A stretch of 63,267 bases of DNA, the filler included, from Octopus bimaculoides (Eukaryota), in assembly GCF_001194135.2 (NCBI RefSeq). It is 6 parts of 6 records of this genome, joined end to end, with 100 filler letters (N's around TTAATTAATTAA, not from the genome) between each part and the next. Parts side by side here need not be neighbours in the genome. Positions count along the whole stretch, not along the records: positions 61,219 to 63,267 come from NC_068986.1; 5 more parts are not named here. The stretch is one strand, 5' to 3'. How positions within the stretch are numbered: the first letter of the stretch is position 1; each line of letters starts with the position of its first letter. The notes under the pieces were generated by a model. The model had not been told where the DNA came from. It worked only from the letters and a program-made list of their open reading frames with translations, and did no database searches. The position numbers were made by a program, and so were the translations under genes. Positions 62,370 through 63,267 of the stretch are shown piece after piece.

Positions 62370-62601
62370 AAGGCGGCGAGCTGGCAGGAGCGTTAGCACT
62401 CCGGGCGAAATGCTTAGCGATATTTCGTCTGCCGTTACGCTCTGATTTCAAATTCCGCCGAGGTCGACTTCACCTTTCATAATTTCGAGGTCGATAAATT
62501 AAGTACCAGTTACGCATTGGGGTCGATGTAATTAACTTATTCCGTTTATCTTTCCTTGTTTGCCCCCTCTATGTTTGGCCCCTTGTGTGCAATAAAAAAA
62601 T
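62370..62601 (+). mobile_element. Full-length tRNA-derived SINE (Nin/Deu-like central domain) with 13-bp TSD
   Basis: Box-B-like TTCAAATTCC, core CCGAGGTCGACTT..TTTCAT..GGTCGATAAATTAAGTACCAG; TSD AAGATAG(A/T)CAATT at 62357-62369 and 62602-62614. Partial copies near 706-850, 946-1053, 9241-9330, 18126-18260, 23335-23440, 27997-28185, 33820-33950, 47965-48150 and 52380-52546. Confidence 0.85.
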
Positions 62602-63090
62602 AAGATAGTCAATTCTCTAATTATACACCCAATCATCCAATCTCACTCATCCCCAGCATGTCAAGGATAATCAGATTTTGAAGTAAGTGCTAGCCACTGA
62701 ACAACAATCTTCACAAATATATCCCCATTCTACCAAATGAAATTAGAAATCATGTTTTACATGCGGGTAGATCCAAACCATCACTGGAACTATAAAAGTC
62801 TGTAAAACTTTCCAGAAAATCATCATTTAAGTATATATGCGCATGTCTTGACATGCAAATATATGCATGGGAATACGTACATAAAACGAAACATACAAAT
62901 ATGCACATGCAGTGGCTCTAAATACTGCACATATGCGCAAACACATGCAAGAATACCCTGTCGATGTTGTTGAAATTCCACTGAAGGAGGTTTTAATCTA
63001 GGTCAGAAACCAGCTCTTTCTTTATTGACAAGAAATCTTGAAATAAAACTGAACAAAGTCAACCATACACACATTCATATATACATGATA

Positions 63091-63252
63091 CGCAGGAGTG
63101 GCTGTGAGGTAAGTACCTTGCTTCCTAACCACATGGTTCCGAGTTTAGTCCTACTGCGTGGCACCTTGGGCAAGTGTCTTCTGCTATAGCCTCGGGCCGA
63201 CCAAAGCCTTGTCAGTAGATTTGGTAGACGGAAACTGAAAAAAGCCCGTCGT
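63091..63252 (+). mobile_element. tRNA-derived CORE-type SINE
   Basis: Box A/B-like head, GTGGCACCTTGGGCAAGTGTCTT (CORE-like), tail GAAACTGAAA.AAGCCCGTCG(TA)n. Other copies near 11243-11328(-), 15891-16266(+), 19390-19690(-) and 60678-60835(+); related subfamilies near 14705-14927(-), 27310-27560(+) and 36050-36217(-). Confidence 0.85.
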
Positions 63253-63267
63253 ATATATATATATATA

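Noticed and set aside
62978-63018. CTGAAGG...GAAACC hammerhead-like spacing (similar weak cases at 44066-44100, 22735-22765 minus, 41205-41240 minus and 57487 in a mariner)
   Set aside because: Multiple core deviations and no convincing stem I/II/III; not supportable without family consensus.

Overview
Repeat-rich, gap-rich eukaryotic draft scaffold, most likely an octopus genome (inferred from the SINE families and extreme microsatellite load). It holds one recognisable host gene, a + strand WD40 beta-propeller gene with 9 visible coding exons (2858-12532); one further exon is required for frame but is not in the visible sequence. The rest is microsatellites, four tRNA-type SINE families, decayed mariner transposons, RTE-type LINE fragments and four decayed Penelope-like element (PLE, GIY-YIG) fragments. 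The most striking unannotated signal is a set of minimal type-I hammerhead ribozyme motifs. Two have intact catalytic cores (43827-43869 +, 13177-13232 -), one is a near-intact variant (11049-11099 -), and several are decayed or half copies. Several sit inside long fold-back palindromes. PLE-associated hammerheads are known biology, but their density, variants and palindromic packaging here deserve testing. Nearly all ORFs in the supplied track are microsatellite or N-run artefacts, and five 44N-TTAATTAATTAA-44N blocks are assembly linkers. No rRNA, true tRNA or CRISPR array is seen.
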